Source: Frankiaceae bacterium (lineage in GTDB: Bacteria > Actinomycetota > Actinomycetes > JAFAQI01). From it: DNA of 64,000 bases. The stretch covers positions 39,870 to 103,869 of the forward strand of contig JAFAZI010000047.1 of assembly GCA_019239875.1 (NCBI GenBank), in the 5' to 3' direction. The notes under the pieces are model-generated. The model did no database searches and was not told where the DNA came from. It saw only the letters and a program-made list of their open reading frames with translations. The position numbers and the translations under genes are program-made. Positions 45,893-56,415 of this stretch are shown here, one piece after another. Position 1 is the stretch's first letter. The number at the start of each line of letters is the position of its first letter.

Positions 45893-47434
45893 TCAGCCGA
45901 TCCGCACATCGCCGTCCCAGTAGGTGTCCTTGATCTTGCGTTTGAAGAGCTTGCCGGATTCCTCACGCGGCAGGTTGTCGTCGAAGACGACCACCTTCGG
46001 GACCTTGTAACCCGCCATCCGCTGCTTCACAAAATCTCGCACCGTCGCTTCGGTGAGGCCCGCTGCGGGATCGGCGTCGATGTGCGCGGCGAGCGCCTCA
46101 CCGAAGTCCGGGTCCGGGATGCCGAAGACCGCGACGTCACGCACCCCCTCGAGCTCATAGAGAACGTTCTCGATCTCAGCGGGGTAGATGTTGACGCCGC
46201 CCGAGATGACCATGTCGTTCTTGCGGTCGGTGAGGTACAGGTAACCGTCGGAATCGACGCGACCGACGTCGCCGACGGTCAAGAACCCGTCGAGCTCCAT
46301 GTTGCGGCGCTTCTCGTCGTCGCCCAGATACGTGAAGTTCGGCCAGCTGTCGCCAGGCTTCGCATAGACCGTGCCCACCTCACCGACCGGCACCTCGTTG
46401 CCGTCGTCGTCGACGATCTTGATCGTCGAGCCATCACATGGATGGCCCACCGTGCCCGGGTGCGCAAGCCACTCCTCGCTGTCGCACCACACGACCGGCC
46501 CGGTCTCCGACCCGCCGTAGTACTCGGTGATCACCGGGCCGAACCAATCGATCATCTGCCGCTTGACGTCGACCGGGCACGGCGCGGCGGCGTGCACCAC
46601 GGTGTCGAGCGACGACAGGTCATACTTCGACCGCCCTGCCTCGGGCAGCTGGAGCAGACGGACGAACATCGTCGGGACCATCTGGATGTGGTCGACCTTG
46701 TGCTCGTCGATGATCCTCAAGAACTCCTCCGGTTCGAACCGTGGCAGCACCACCAGATCCATCCCCAGCGCCACCGCGATCAGGGCATGGACGTTCGGCG
46801 CCGTGTGGTACATCGGCGCGGGCACCATCGTGCGGCTGTTCGGCTTCATCCCGAGCCGGTTCAGCACGACTCCGAGGCCGGCGATCCGGTCCTCGGTGCT
46901 CACCGAGTCGCGGATGATGCCCTTCGGTCTGCCGGTCGTCCCGGAGGTGTAGATCACGGACATCGCGGCGGAACTCGGCGCCTCGAGCAACGGCTGGTAC
47001 GACGCGAGCCAGCTCTCGTACTCGGGATGCCGGCCGGTCGGCTGAGCGGCCGACTGCGGAAGGCGGTACGCCTCAAGCAGGTCCGGCGCGATGGCGACCT
47101 CCACGATCGTCACCCCCTCGGGGAGCACCGCCTCGATGCCTGCGACGAAGTCGGTGTGGGCGAAGACGACCTTGCTGCCGCTGTCCGTCAGCAGGTGTGC
47201 GAGCTCATGGTCCTTCCAGTGCCAGTTGACCGGCACCGGCGCCGCGCCGGCGATGGCAGCGGCTGCACTCGCCTCGAGGAACGCGAAGTCGTTGCGAAGG
47301 ACGATGGCGATCCGATCGCCGGGCACCACACCCAGGTCGCGCAGCCCGGCGGCCACCTGTGCAGCTCGAAGATGCAGCTCGGCGTACGGTCGGGACCGCG
47401 CGCCGCAGTGGACCGCCGGCTCAGAAGAGGTCAT
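45893..47434 (-). CDS. acyl-CoA synthetase (AMP-binding, FadD-like)
   Basis: ATG 47434; AMP-binding motif VIYTSGTTGRPKG, YGGSETG, GDVGRVDSDGYLYLTDRKNDMVISGGVNIYPAEIE. Confidence 0.85.
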   Translation of the reverse strand: MTSSEPAVHCGARSRPYAELHLRAAQVAAGLRDLGVVPGDRIAIVLRNDFAFLEASAAAAIAGAAPVPVNWHWKDHELAHLLTDSGSKVVFAHTDFVAGIEAVLPEGVTIVEVAIAPDLLEAYRLPQSAAQPTGRHPEYESWLASYQPLLEAPSSAAMSVIYTSGTTGRPKGIIRDSVSTEDRIAGLGVVLNRLGMKPNSRTMVPAPMYHTAPNVHALIAVALGMDLVVLPRFEPEEFLRIIDEHKVDHIQMVPTMFVRLLQLPEAGRSKYDLSSLDTVVHAAAPCPVDVKRQMIDWFGPVITEYYGGSETGPVVWCDSEEWLAHPGTVGHPCDGSTIKIVDDDGNEVPVGEVGTVYAKPGDSWPNFTYLGDDEKRRNMELDGFLTVGDVGRVDSDGYLYLTDRKNDMVISGGVNIYPAEIENVLYELEGVRDVAVFGIPDPDFGEALAAHIDADPAAGLTEATVRDFVKQRMAGYKVPKVVVFDDNLPREESGKLFKRKIKDTYWDGDVRIG

Positions 47435-47488
47435 GGCCGCACTCTGGCAGTCCTCGCGCGCTCCCGACAAACCGGGCGGCGGGCGAGA

Positions 47489-48307
47489 TCAGCGCGTGAA
47501 AGCGGCACGTGCTGCGGCGCCACCGACTGCCGAGCGGTCCCAGAACTTCAGGGTCCCGTGGTCGAGGAACTCTCGGCCGGCTTCAACCAGACCGGCGATC
47601 GCGGCGTAGGCGAACGCACCGCCGACAGAGATCCGCCGAACACCGAGTGCGGCGAGCGCCGCGACATCCGGGCCACTGGGGAGCGCGAGAACGTTAACGG
47701 GAAGGTCGACCGAACTGACCACGGATCGAATCTCGTCGGGCTTCGAAAGACCGGGCGCGTACAGCACATCCGCGCCGGCGGCCTGGAAGGCTTCGAGTCG
47801 GGCAATGGTGTCCGCGAGGTCGACCCGGCCGTGCAGATAGTTCTCCGAGCGGGCGGTGAGGACCAGGCGAATCTCCCCACCATGAGCCGCCTCAGCTGCG
47901 GCGGCCACCCGCTCGGCGGCTTGCTCCAACGGATAGATGGGATCGTCATCGGTTCCTGTGAAGTCCTCGATCGAGCATCCCGCCAGACCGGTTCCGCGAG
48001 CGAGCGCGACCGTCTCCGCCACCCCCGCTGGATCGTGCGCGAAGCAATTCTCGAGATCGGCAGACACCGGAAGGTCGGTTGCCGCAGCGATGGCTTCGGC
48101 ATGGTCGAGGGCCTGCTCTCGCGTGATCGAGCCGTCGAGCTTGCCCAAGGTTGCCGCGAACCCGCTGCTGGTCGTCGCGAGAGCCTGGAACCCGATCGAG
48201 GCGAGGACACGAGCCGATCCGGCGTCCCAGGGGTTGGGGATCAGCAGTGGCGTCGGCCCAGCGTGCAACTCGAGGAAACGCACGGCGCGTGCTGCCCGGT
48301 CGGTCAC
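47489..48307 (-). CDS. isocitrate lyase/PEP mutase-family enzyme (2-methylisocitrate lyase / carboxyvinyl-carboxyphosphonate phosphorylmutase-like)
   Basis: PNPWDAGSARVLASIGFQALATTSSG...GCSIED...; PEP-mutase/ICL TIM-barrel N-terminal signature; GTG start. Confidence 0.6.
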   Translation of the reverse strand: MTDRAARAVRFLELHAGPTPLLIPNPWDAGSARVLASIGFQALATTSSGFAATLGKLDGSITREQALDHAEAIAAATDLPVSADLENCFAHDPAGVAETVALARGTGLAGCSIEDFTGTDDDPIYPLEQAAERVAAAAEAAHGGEIRLVLTARSENYLHGRVDLADTIARLEAFQAAGADVLYAPGLSKPDEIRSVVSSVDLPVNVLALPSGPDVAALAALGVRRISVGGAFAYAAIAGLVEAGREFLDHGTLKFWDRSAVGGAAARAAFTR

Positions 48308-48450
48308 CGCGAGACGGTATCAATCCCGGGGGCTTGATCCAGCTAGCCGCATCCGTGCGAACTGTCCATGACGGTCACGTAACGCTGCGTGAGACTCGAG
48401 GGACTACACCGCGTTAGGCCGACTACCGACACCCGCCCGAGAAGGCAGGA

Positions 48451-50193
48451 ATGACAAGCCCGTTGCTGCTACTGGTGGGATTTCTTGCCGGCCTGCTGAC
48501 GATCATCTCGCCGTGCATCCTTCCGGTCCTGCCAGCCGTGATCGCCTCAGGCATCTCCACCGGTGGGCGACGCCGCGCTCTCGCCATCGCGATCGGCCTG
48601 GCGATCGCCTTCGGCTTCACCACGTTGTTCAGTCTCCGGGTGTTGAGCGCGCTGCATCTGCCGTTGACGCTTCGGCGGGACATCGGGATCGGTGCCCTGA
48701 TCGTCCTGGCCGTGGGCTTCATCGTTCCGCAACTCGGCGCCCTCATCGAACGTCCGTTTGCCAAGCTTGGCCTCAAACGCTCACCGGATGCGACCCGCAG
48801 CGGGTTCCTGTTGGGCGCGACGCTCGGCCTGCTGTACGTCCCGTGCGGCGGCCCGATCCTGTCGGCGTTGTCCGCCGTGGGCAACACGAAGTCGTTCGGA
48901 TGGGACGCCCTCTGGTTGACCGTCGCGTACTCGCTCGGCATCGCGCTGCCGATGTTCGGGCTCGTGCTGCTGACCGAGCGGTTGAGCTCGACCACGACCT
49001 GGCTCCGCAATCGCGGCCCGGAGGTTCGTCGCGTCGGTGGCGTCCTGCTTCTCATCACCGCAGTGGCAATCGCGTTCGGCGCCGGAACCTCGTTGCAGAA
49101 GTCGTTCCCCTCGGTGACCGACTCGCTCGAGAAGCACGTCACCCGCGCCGGAACCTCGCTCGGCGACGATCTCGCGAAGATCCAGAACCCGAACGAGTCG
49201 GACCAGGCCAAGCACATCCAGTCAGGCGTGGGACACCAAGCGCCGGCGCACGCCGATCCGACGGCCGACCAGGTCCCGACCATCTCAGCCACCGCGCTGA
49301 CCGACTACGGAAAGGCGCCGGACTTCGCCGGGATTTCGCAGTGGTTCAACACGACCAGCGGCGCGCCCCTATCGCTGGCCGAGCTGCGCGGCAAGGTGGT
49401 GCTCGTCGACTTCTGGACCTACTCGTGCATCAACTGCTTGCGCAGCTTGCCGCATGTCGAGGCGTGGTACGAGCGCTACCGCTCCGCGGGTCTCGTGGTT
49501 GTCGGCGTACACACCCCCGAGTTCGATTTCGAGCACGTACCGGGCAACGTCCGGTCTGCCGTGTCCCGTCTCGGCATCAAATATCCCGTTGCGATGGACA
49601 ACGGGTACGCGACGTGGAACGCGTGGGGCAACAACTCATGGCCAGCGGAATACCTGATCGATCCGAGCGGCAACGTGCGCTACGGCTCGATCGGTGAAAG
49701 CGACTACGGCTACACCGAGGCCGCGATCCGGGCGCTGCTACCTGGGCGTCCCGCGGACCTGCCACCGACTACCGCGGTGCCGAACCGCACCCCGACCGAG
49801 CAGACCACGCCCGAGAGCTACCTCGGCTACGAACGTCTGGACCGGTACGACGGCACCCGCATCGTGCGAGATGCATCGGCGACCTACTCCTTTGCGTCGC
49901 CGCTTCCGTCGGACCACCTGACCTACTCGGGACAGTGGACCGTAGAACCACAGGACATCGTCGCCGGAAAGAATGCAGCGCTACGCATCAACGTCAGAGC
50001 GAAGAACATCTTTCTCGTGCTGTCAGGACAGGGCGATGTCACGGCCGACCTCGGCGGAAGTCAGCTCGCCACGCAACACGTCACCGGCGTTCCAAAGCTG
50101 TACACGATCGCGTCCGGGCAACAGACCCGGCGCGGTCTGCTCACCCTTCACGTCCCACCCGGGGTGAAGGCTTATGCCTTCACCTTCGGCTGA
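48451..50193 (+). CDS. dipZ: cytochrome c biogenesis protein DipZ (CcdA/DsbD TM domain fused to thioredoxin-like domain)
   Basis: N-terminal CcdA TM core with the two conserved Cys (IISPCILPVLP...LYVPCGGPIL); TlpA/redoxin domain VVLVDFWTYSCINCLRSLPHV; extra C-terminal domain as in mycobacterial DipZ. Confidence 0.8.
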   Translation: MTSPLLLLVGFLAGLLTIISPCILPVLPAVIASGISTGGRRRALAIAIGLAIAFGFTTLFSLRVLSALHLPLTLRRDIGIGALIVLAVGFIVPQLGALIERPFAKLGLKRSPDATRSGFLLGATLGLLYVPCGGPILSALSAVGNTKSFGWDALWLTVAYSLGIALPMFGLVLLTERLSSTTTWLRNRGPEVRRVGGVLLLITAVAIAFGAGTSLQKSFPSVTDSLEKHVTRAGTSLGDDLAKIQNPNESDQAKHIQSGVGHQAPAHADPTADQVPTISATALTDYGKAPDFAGISQWFNTTSGAPLSLAELRGKVVLVDFWTYSCINCLRSLPHVEAWYERYRSAGLVVVGVHTPEFDFEHVPGNVRSAVSRLGIKYPVAMDNGYATWNAWGNNSWPAEYLIDPSGNVRYGSIGESDYGYTEAAIRALLPGRPADLPPTTAVPNRTPTEQTTPESYLGYERLDRYDGTRIVRDASATYSFASPLPSDHLTYSGQWTVEPQDIVAGKNAALRINVRAKNIFLVLSGQGDVTADLGGSQLATQHVTGVPKLYTIASGQQTRRGLLTLHVPPGVKAYAFTFG

Positions 50194-50202
50194 CAGCCCG
50201 GA

Positions 50203-52863
50203 TCAGAGCTCGCACCCGATGAGGTGCTCGCCGGAGCACGTGTCCGTTCCGTCACCGCCGTCGACGATGTCCAGGTCGGCCTGGCCATCGAGGGTGTCGT
50301 TCCCGCCGTTCCCCTCGATCGTGTCGTCGCCCGACCCGCCGAGGATCGTGTTCGGTCCGTCGTCCCCACGGAGGATGTCGCCGCCCGACGAACCCACGAT
50401 GTTCTCGTCGTTGACCAAACGGTCACCGCCGTCGCCGTGGGCGAAGCCGGACCGCAGGTCGACGGACAGCGCGCCGAAGGCTTTGCTGTAGTCCAGCGTG
50501 TCGACACCGTCGCCGCCGTCGAGGATGTCGCGATCGCGGCCACCGATGAGCGTGTCGTTGCCTCCCATGCCGTCGATCAGGTCGAGGCCCGACTGCCCGT
50601 TCAGCACATTGTTCGAGGCATTGCCGGTGAGGTGGTCCGCGAACGACGTACCGACGACGTTCTCGATGTTGGCAACGGTCTCCTGATCGATGTCCGAGAC
50701 CACGCCCGTCGTGAGGTTCGCATCGATGCCGACGCTCGAGTTGCCGAACGTGATCTTGTCCTGGTCGGCACCGCCGTCATATGAGTCCGCGCCCGGGCCA
50801 TCCAACATGCTGTCGTCGCCGGCATCTCCGTTGACGACATCGTCGCCCTTGCCGCTGTCGATGAGGTCGCTGCCAGGCCCACCGTTGAAGGTGTCGTTGC
50901 CGGAGACGTCGAGGAGGACGTCAGCGCCGCCGCCACCGTTGATGGTGTCGTCACCCTGGCCGCCCCAGATCGCGTTCGGGACCGCGTCGCCCGTCAGGGT
51001 GTCATCGAAGATCGTGCCTCGGATGTTCTCCGTGTTGGCGATCGTGTCGTTGCCCTGGCCCGTCGCGGTCCCGGCGTTGAGATCGACGGTTACGGGGTCG
51101 GGCGCGCTCTTGTAGTTGAGCTCGTCCAGATCGGCCTGGCCGTCCATCGTGTCGTTTCCGGAGCCGCCCTTCAGGGTGTCGTTGCCGGCTCCCGCATTGA
51201 TCGTGTCGTCCCCTGCGGCACCCTTGAGCGTGTTGTTCTGGTCGTCGCCGACGATCGTGTCGTTGAACAACGACCCGGACACGTCCTTGGTGTTGATGAT
51301 CGTGTCGTTGCCCCACCCGGTGGCCGTACCTGCGGCGAGGTCGACGATGACGCCACCCGGTGCGTCCTCGAAGCTGACGGTGTCTGGTGCCGTGTCAGGG
51401 AAGCGAGGGTCGTCGGCGGGGTCCTGACCGTCGATCAGGTCGTCGCCGGCGCCACCGGAGACCGTGTCCGTGCTGTAGCCGCCGCGGATCGTGTCGTCGC
51501 CACCCTCACCGCGGATGAAGTCCTTGCCGCTCAAACCACGAAGGACGTTCGGCCCGTCGTCGCCGATCACGATGTCGGGGCCGTCGCTGCCCGTGACGTT
51601 CTCGATGTTGCTGAAGGAGTCGTCCTGTGCGGCGTGCGCGACGCCGACGCGCAAGTCGACGTAGACGCCACTGCGGTAGGTCCGCGTGTAATCGAGCGTG
51701 TCGCTGCCGTCGCCACCGTCGACGACCTCGTACCCACTGCCGGAGACGAACGTGTCATTGCCGCCGAGCCCGTCCTCTTCGGTCGTGCCGTCCTGCCCGC
51801 CCGAGGAGTAGAACGTGTTGTCGGCGTCGTTCCCCTTCAACACGTTGTCGTTGCGGGCGCTGTCGATCGACACGTTCTCGACGTTCGACACCTGCTGGTC
51901 GCCATCCCCTGATGCGATGCCGGCCGCGAGGTCGACGTGGATGCCGTCGCCGACCGGTTCGTTGAACCTCGGCGAGGCGTGCCACAGGTTGATGGTGTCC
52001 GAGCCCGACCCGCCGTCGATCACGTCATCCGCCCGCTGGTTCGTCTTGCGGTGGCAACTGCACGCGTCGTTGCCCGTGATGTCGTCGTTGCCGTCCCCGG
52101 CGTTGATCGTGTCCACCCCGGGACCACCGAAGATCTCATCGCCACCGATGCCGCCGATCAAGTTGTCCTTGCCGTCGTCACCGCGAAGGTTGTCGCCGCC
52201 ATCGCCGCCATCGAGGGAGTCGATGCCTGAGCCGCCGTCGAGGGAGTCGTTGCCGAGGTCACCGGTGATCGTGTCGGTGCCATTACCGCCAGACAGGCGG
52301 TCGTTGCCGTCGCCGCCGTCGAGCGTGTCATTACCGACGCCACCAGACACCGAGTAGTCGTCGCCGTTGTCGCCGCTGAGGTGGTCATCGCCGCTGCCGC
52401 CCGAGAGGCTGTCCCGGCCGCTGCCACCGGACACCGTGTCGTTACCGCGCTTGGAGTCGATGTTGTCCTGGCCACCGCGACCGAAGATGTGGTCCGCGCC
52501 GGTACCGCTGTCGATGAAGTCTGCGTCGGCTCCGCCGTCGACTCGGTCACTGCCGTGACCACCCTCGACCTCGTCTTGGCCCGCACCGCTGCAGATCAGA
52601 TCGTTGCCACCGCGGCCGACGATCTTGTCGTTCCCGCCGAGCCCGACGATGACGTCTGCGTGCTTGGTGCCCTTCAAGTCGTCGTCCTTGGGACTTCCGA
52701 CGATCGTCGCGGCATGCCCGAAGCAGGTGTGCTTCGCGGCCGGCTTGGCCGAGGCGACGCTGCTTGGGAGCATGGCAGCGACGACGACTGCGGAGACTGC
52801 TGTGAGCGGAAGCGCGCGTCGCAAGACGCGGTCAATCGCAGACTGGCTCATTTTCGCGGACAC
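50203..52863 (-). CDS. secreted RTX-type calcium-binding beta-roll repeat protein (886 aa)
   Basis: Signal peptide; dozens of hemolysin-type nonapeptide repeats (GGxGxDxLx: GGNGTDTITGDLGNDSLDGGSGIDSLDGGDGGDNLRGDDGKDNLIGGIGGDEIFGG...). GTG 52863 or ATG 52851. Confidence 0.8.
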   Translation of the reverse strand: MSAKMSQSAIDRVLRRALPLTAVSAVVVAAMLPSSVASAKPAAKHTCFGHAATIVGSPKDDDLKGTKHADVIVGLGGNDKIVGRGGNDLICSGAGQDEVEGGHGSDRVDGGADADFIDSGTGADHIFGRGGQDNIDSKRGNDTVSGGSGRDSLSGGSGDDHLSGDNGDDYSVSGGVGNDTLDGGDGNDRLSGGNGTDTITGDLGNDSLDGGSGIDSLDGGDGGDNLRGDDGKDNLIGGIGGDEIFGGPGVDTINAGDGNDDITGNDACSCHRKTNQRADDVIDGGSGSDTINLWHASPRFNEPVGDGIHVDLAAGIASGDGDQQVSNVENVSIDSARNDNVLKGNDADNTFYSSGGQDGTTEEDGLGGNDTFVSGSGYEVVDGGDGSDTLDYTRTYRSGVYVDLRVGVAHAAQDDSFSNIENVTGSDGPDIVIGDDGPNVLRGLSGKDFIRGEGGDDTIRGGYSTDTVSGGAGDDLIDGQDPADDPRFPDTAPDTVSFEDAPGGVIVDLAAGTATGWGNDTIINTKDVSGSLFNDTIVGDDQNNTLKGAAGDDTINAGAGNDTLKGGSGNDTMDGQADLDELNYKSAPDPVTVDLNAGTATGQGNDTIANTENIRGTIFDDTLTGDAVPNAIWGGQGDDTINGGGGADVLLDVSGNDTFNGGPGSDLIDSGKGDDVVNGDAGDDSMLDGPGADSYDGGADQDKITFGNSSVGIDANLTTGVVSDIDQETVANIENVVGTSFADHLTGNASNNVLNGQSGLDLIDGMGGNDTLIGGRDRDILDGGDGVDTLDYSKAFGALSVDLRSGFAHGDGGDRLVNDENIVGSSGGDILRGDDGPNTILGGSGDDTIEGNGGNDTLDGQADLDIVDGGDGTDTCSGEHLIGCEL

Positions 52864-52951
52864 CCTTCGTGGTCGACCTGCGATCTCAACGTCCCCGTGG
52901 CTCGCTGAGTTGACACGGAATCCGACAAATCAGCAGCGGTACCGTGATCAT

Positions 52952-53140
52952 GTGCCGGATGTGTGGATCACACAACAACCAGATGGCTCGTGGTGGGCGT
53001 CCGGGGACCGCGAAGGCCAGATCTATGACGGCTGGGAGGGCATCGCCGCGTTCGTCGAGTCGGGTCTGACCGTGCACTGGGAGTCACCCGAAGCGATAGA
53101 GGCGTTCACCGCTGCCCTCGGCGACCCCTCCGAGATCTGA
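52952..53140 (+). CDS. possible small protein (about 62-76 aa, VPDVWITQQPDGSWWASGDREGQIYDGWEGIAAFVESGLTVHWESPEAIEAF...)
   Basis: In-frame GTG (52952) or TTG (52910) after the RTX gene start; the Trp-rich sequence looks protein-like, but codon usage (ACA, CAA, CCA, GAT, TAT, ATA) is atypical for this genome. Confidence 0.2.
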   Translation: MPDVWITQQPDGSWWASGDREGQIYDGWEGIAAFVESGLTVHWESPEAIEAFTAALGDPSEI

Positions 53141-53155
53141 TCGCCTGACCGTCAG

Positions 53156-54847
53156 TCAACTGAGACAGATCGCCGGCAGGTCGAACCAGCGAAGCGCCTC
53201 CACGTCGGCACGCAATCCGGTGGCGGTGTCGAGACCGGTCGGCGCGCTTCGCGCAGCGGCAAGCCGTCTCGCGTCGTCGAGGTGCTGATGAAGGATCGCG
53301 GCTTCGCCGGTCGCGCGATGGCGGGGGTAGCTCATCGAAGCCGACGGCCCGTCATAGCGCACGTCGTCGAGACCGAGCGGCGCGGCGACCGCGCTCGCAT
53401 CCCGATGCCGCCACAGACCTGTCGGCGGGTCGAACCGGTAGTCCGTGAGAAAGCGGTCGCCGTACCGGGCGACGAAACGCACCGCCTCGATGATGTAGTC
53501 CGCGACAGCCTCGTCGATGAAGTAGGTGAAGTTCACCCGGACCCATCCGGGTTTGATGCCTTCGCAGCCGAGCGTTATCTCATGCTGGAACGCCTGCGAG
53601 TGCTCGATGTCGATCCCGAGCAGGCGGTGGCCATACGGCCCTGCGCACGAGCAGCCGCCACGGGACTGGATGCCGAACAGGTCGTTCAGCAGCGCCACGA
53701 CGAAGTTGTGGTGCAGGTAGTTGCCACCTGGCCGGCGGATGACGAAGGAGAGTATCGACAGCCGATCCGCATCGAGGTTGCCGAGAATCTCGATAGCGGG
53801 TTCATCCGCCCAGGCGAGCACGGCACGTCGCAACAAGGCGTCCTCCACGGCCTTGATCAGCGGGACGCCGACTGCCTCCTTGAGCTGGAAGACCAGGCCC
53901 GCGCGGATTGCGCCGATGATGTCCGGCGTACCACCCTCCTCGCGGGCAACCGGATCGTCGAGATACACGTGCTCGAGCGGATTCACGTAGGCGACGGTGC
54001 CGCCGCCCGGCACGCTCGGAACCCGGTTCGTAACGAGCTCTCGTCGTACCGCCAGCACGCCGGGGGTGCCAGGACCACCGATCAGCTTGTGCGGTGAGAG
54101 GAAGACGGCGTCGAGATGCGCACCGTCCTCCGCCGGACACATGGCGATGTCGACGTATGGCGCAGCGGCGGCGAAGTCCCAGAACGACAGCGCGCCGTGC
54201 GCATGGAGTACTCGCGCGATGCCCGCCGTGTCGCTGACGATTCCTGTGACGTTGGACGCAGCCGAGAACGACCCGATCAGCAATGGCCGAGCGGCGTAGG
54301 CGATCAGTTGCGCCTCGAGCACAGTGAGATCGATGTGACCGTCGTGATCGGCGGGAATCTCGACGACGTCTGCGATCGTCTCGCGCCAGGGCAGCTCGTT
54401 CGAGTGGTGCTCGAAGGGCCCGACGAAGACAACCGGCCGGTGCGCAGCGGGAATCCCCGCCGCCAGTGAATAAGCATCCTCGAGCTGCGACGGGATGCGC
54501 AGTCCGAGGATCCGCACCAGCTTGTCGATCGCGGCCGTCGCGCCGGAACCCGTGAAGATGACGAGCGTGTCGTCGTCTCCCCCGACCGCATCCCGGATGA
54601 CGCGACGCGCGTCCTCGCGCAGTCTGGTCGTCTGCCGGCCGGTGCCGCTGGATTCCGTATGTGTGTTCGCGTAGGTCGGCAGGACAGCATCCCGGATGAA
54701 GTCCTCGATGAACGTCAGGGCGCGACCACTCGCGGTGTAGTCGGCATAGGTCACACGCCGCGGGCCGTAGGGCCCGTCCATCATCGTGTCGTCGCCGATC
54801 ACCGCGTCGCGGATCTGGTCGAGCAGGGCCGACCTCGGCAAGGTCAC
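53156..54847 (-). CDS. aminotransferase class-V-fold PLP-dependent enzyme (cysteine-desulfurase-like, long form)
   Basis: LLDQIRDAVIGDDTMMDGPYGPRRVTYADYTASGRALTFIED...; PLP-Lys region FLSPHKLIGGPGTPG; start approximate (GTG 54847 / TTG 54841). Track ORF has about 115 spurious N-terminal codons. Confidence 0.65.
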   Translation of the reverse strand: MTLPRSALLDQIRDAVIGDDTMMDGPYGPRRVTYADYTASGRALTFIEDFIRDAVLPTYANTHTESSGTGRQTTRLREDARRVIRDAVGGDDDTLVIFTGSGATAAIDKLVRILGLRIPSQLEDAYSLAAGIPAAHRPVVFVGPFEHHSNELPWRETIADVVEIPADHDGHIDLTVLEAQLIAYAARPLLIGSFSAASNVTGIVSDTAGIARVLHAHGALSFWDFAAAAPYVDIAMCPAEDGAHLDAVFLSPHKLIGGPGTPGVLAVRRELVTNRVPSVPGGGTVAYVNPLEHVYLDDPVAREEGGTPDIIGAIRAGLVFQLKEAVGVPLIKAVEDALLRRAVLAWADEPAIEILGNLDADRLSILSFVIRRPGGNYLHHNFVVALLNDLFGIQSRGGCSCAGPYGHRLLGIDIEHSQAFQHEITLGCEGIKPGWVRVNFTYFIDEAVADYIIEAVRFVARYGDRFLTDYRFDPPTGLWRHRDASAVAAPLGLDDVRYDGPSASMSYPRHRATGEAAILHQHLDDARRLAAARSAPTGLDTATGLRADVEALRWFDLPAICLS

Positions 54848-54920
54848 GCCTGAATCGTAGGCGTTGCCAGACGACTGAACCCACTGCGCTCTGCAGCATT
54901 CCAGGCCAGACTTGCGGGCA

Positions 54921-55952
54921 ATGTACGGCGCCAAAGCATTCACCCGGCTGACGGCCGTCGGTTCGGTCATCGCGGCCGGTGCACTCGCGGCCGGTGCCCT
55001 GAGCCCGACGGCCGACGCTCGGCCGACCGCGAGCCACGAACCGGCTCTTGCGGTTACCGGCTTCCACTCAGAAGGCGACCCGCTCTCACGGATCCGGGCG
55101 AGCGCGCCGGCACTGACCACTGTCGGTGTCGATGGGGTCAACATCGCCGCCAACGGCAAACAGGTCGGCGCCCCGGACCGGCTGGCCCGCAAGGCGCTCT
55201 CGGTCGCGCATCACCAGCAGCTCCGCGCCGAGTTCTTGATCGGCAACTTCGCCAGATCAGACTTCGCGGAGCGCCGCGCCCACAAGATGCTCACTACTCC
55301 GGCCGACATCGCAGCCGTCTCCGACGCGGTCGCCCACTCCGTGAAGCGCCAGGGTTGGGACGGCGCCTCGGTCGACCTCGAGGCCCTCCGCAAGCGGGAC
55401 CAGAAGGGCCTGGTTCGCTTTCTCGCTGCGATCCGTCGAAAGCTCCCGCCAGCCGCCACGTTGTCGATCTGCATCAGCAACTCGGTGACCGCCGCGGAGT
55501 ACCACAACCGGGGATACGACTTGAAGGGGATCGCGGCCCACGTCGATCGGGTCATCCTCATGGCGTACGACGAGCACGGCTCGTGGGAGAACCACCCGGG
55601 TCCGGTCGGCGACATCGCCTGGCAGAAGCGCGGGCTCGAAGCCATGGAGAAGGCTGGGGTGCCGGCCGCGCGACTCGATCTTGGGCAGGCCGGTTACGGC
55701 TACGCGTGGCGTCCCCACGAGAACGTCGCGGTCAGCGATGCCAAGGCACGCCGGCTCGTCACCCGGACGGGCGGCAGGTCCCACTTCGACGCCTCGGTCG
55801 GTGAATGGGTCGGCCACCTTCCTGACGGCTCGACGTTGTGGTGGGCAGACTCTCGGTCATACGCCAAGCGCGCCCGCCTGGCCATTCGCCGGCACCTGCA
55901 CGGCCTCGCGGTCTGGAGCCTCGGGCTCTCCGACCCCCTCCGCAGATTCTGA
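54921..55952 (+). CDS. secreted glycoside-hydrolase-family-18-like protein (chitinase-like fold)
   Basis: Signal peptide MYGAKAFTRLTAVGSVIAAGALAAGALSPTADA; GH18-like block KRQGWDGASVDLE (DxxDxDxE variant) and MAYDEHG; may be non-catalytic. Confidence 0.5.
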   Translation: MYGAKAFTRLTAVGSVIAAGALAAGALSPTADARPTASHEPALAVTGFHSEGDPLSRIRASAPALTTVGVDGVNIAANGKQVGAPDRLARKALSVAHHQQLRAEFLIGNFARSDFAERRAHKMLTTPADIAAVSDAVAHSVKRQGWDGASVDLEALRKRDQKGLVRFLAAIRRKLPPAATLSICISNSVTAAEYHNRGYDLKGIAAHVDRVILMAYDEHGSWENHPGPVGDIAWQKRGLEAMEKAGVPAARLDLGQAGYGYAWRPHENVAVSDAKARRLVTRTGGRSHFDASVGEWVGHLPDGSTLWWADSRSYAKRARLAIRRHLHGLAVWSLGLSDPLRRF

Positions 55953-56104
55953 GTCCAACCTAAGTCTCTAAGGGGTCCTTAGATCCGAACTGAGCACCTG
56001 GACGGCGAACCCGCGCCCGAAGATAGGGATTCCTCCTGATGTGCCGGCCCTCCTCAAGCGAGCAATGTGGATCCCATCGAGGACCGGATCTACCAAGGAG
56101 AGCG

Positions 56105-56350
56105 ATGAAGATGCTGGGAAACACGCACACAGACTTCGCCCAGGCCGAGATGGCCTACCGGCGGGAGCGCCTCATCAGCGACATGACCCGGATGCCGCGG
56201 GCGCAGCGCGGTGGCCGAGTTCGCTGGGTGCAGGGCCTGATCGACGCCGTCAAGACCCACCGTGACCCGGTTCGTGGCGCGAGCCGCTACGAGCTCGACG
56301 GTCCCATCGTCCGGCCGGCAGGTGCACCCCACCACGCGACATCCCACTGA
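56105..56350 (+). CDS. small hypothetical protein (81 aa)
   Basis: Good RBS AAGGAGAGCG before ATG; MKMLGNTHTDFAQAEMAYRRERLISDMTRMPRAQRGGRVRWVQGLIDAVKTHRDP; immediately upstream of the LAL regulator gene. Confidence 0.35.
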   Translation: MKMLGNTHTDFAQAEMAYRRERLISDMTRMPRAQRGGRVRWVQGLIDAVKTHRDPVRGASRYELDGPIVRPAGAPHHATSH

Positions 56351-56415
56351 CCGGCAACGCGGAGGGCCGAGAAATCTCAGTAGGAACCGTCGCCCGCACC
56401 CGGGATGATGGATGG

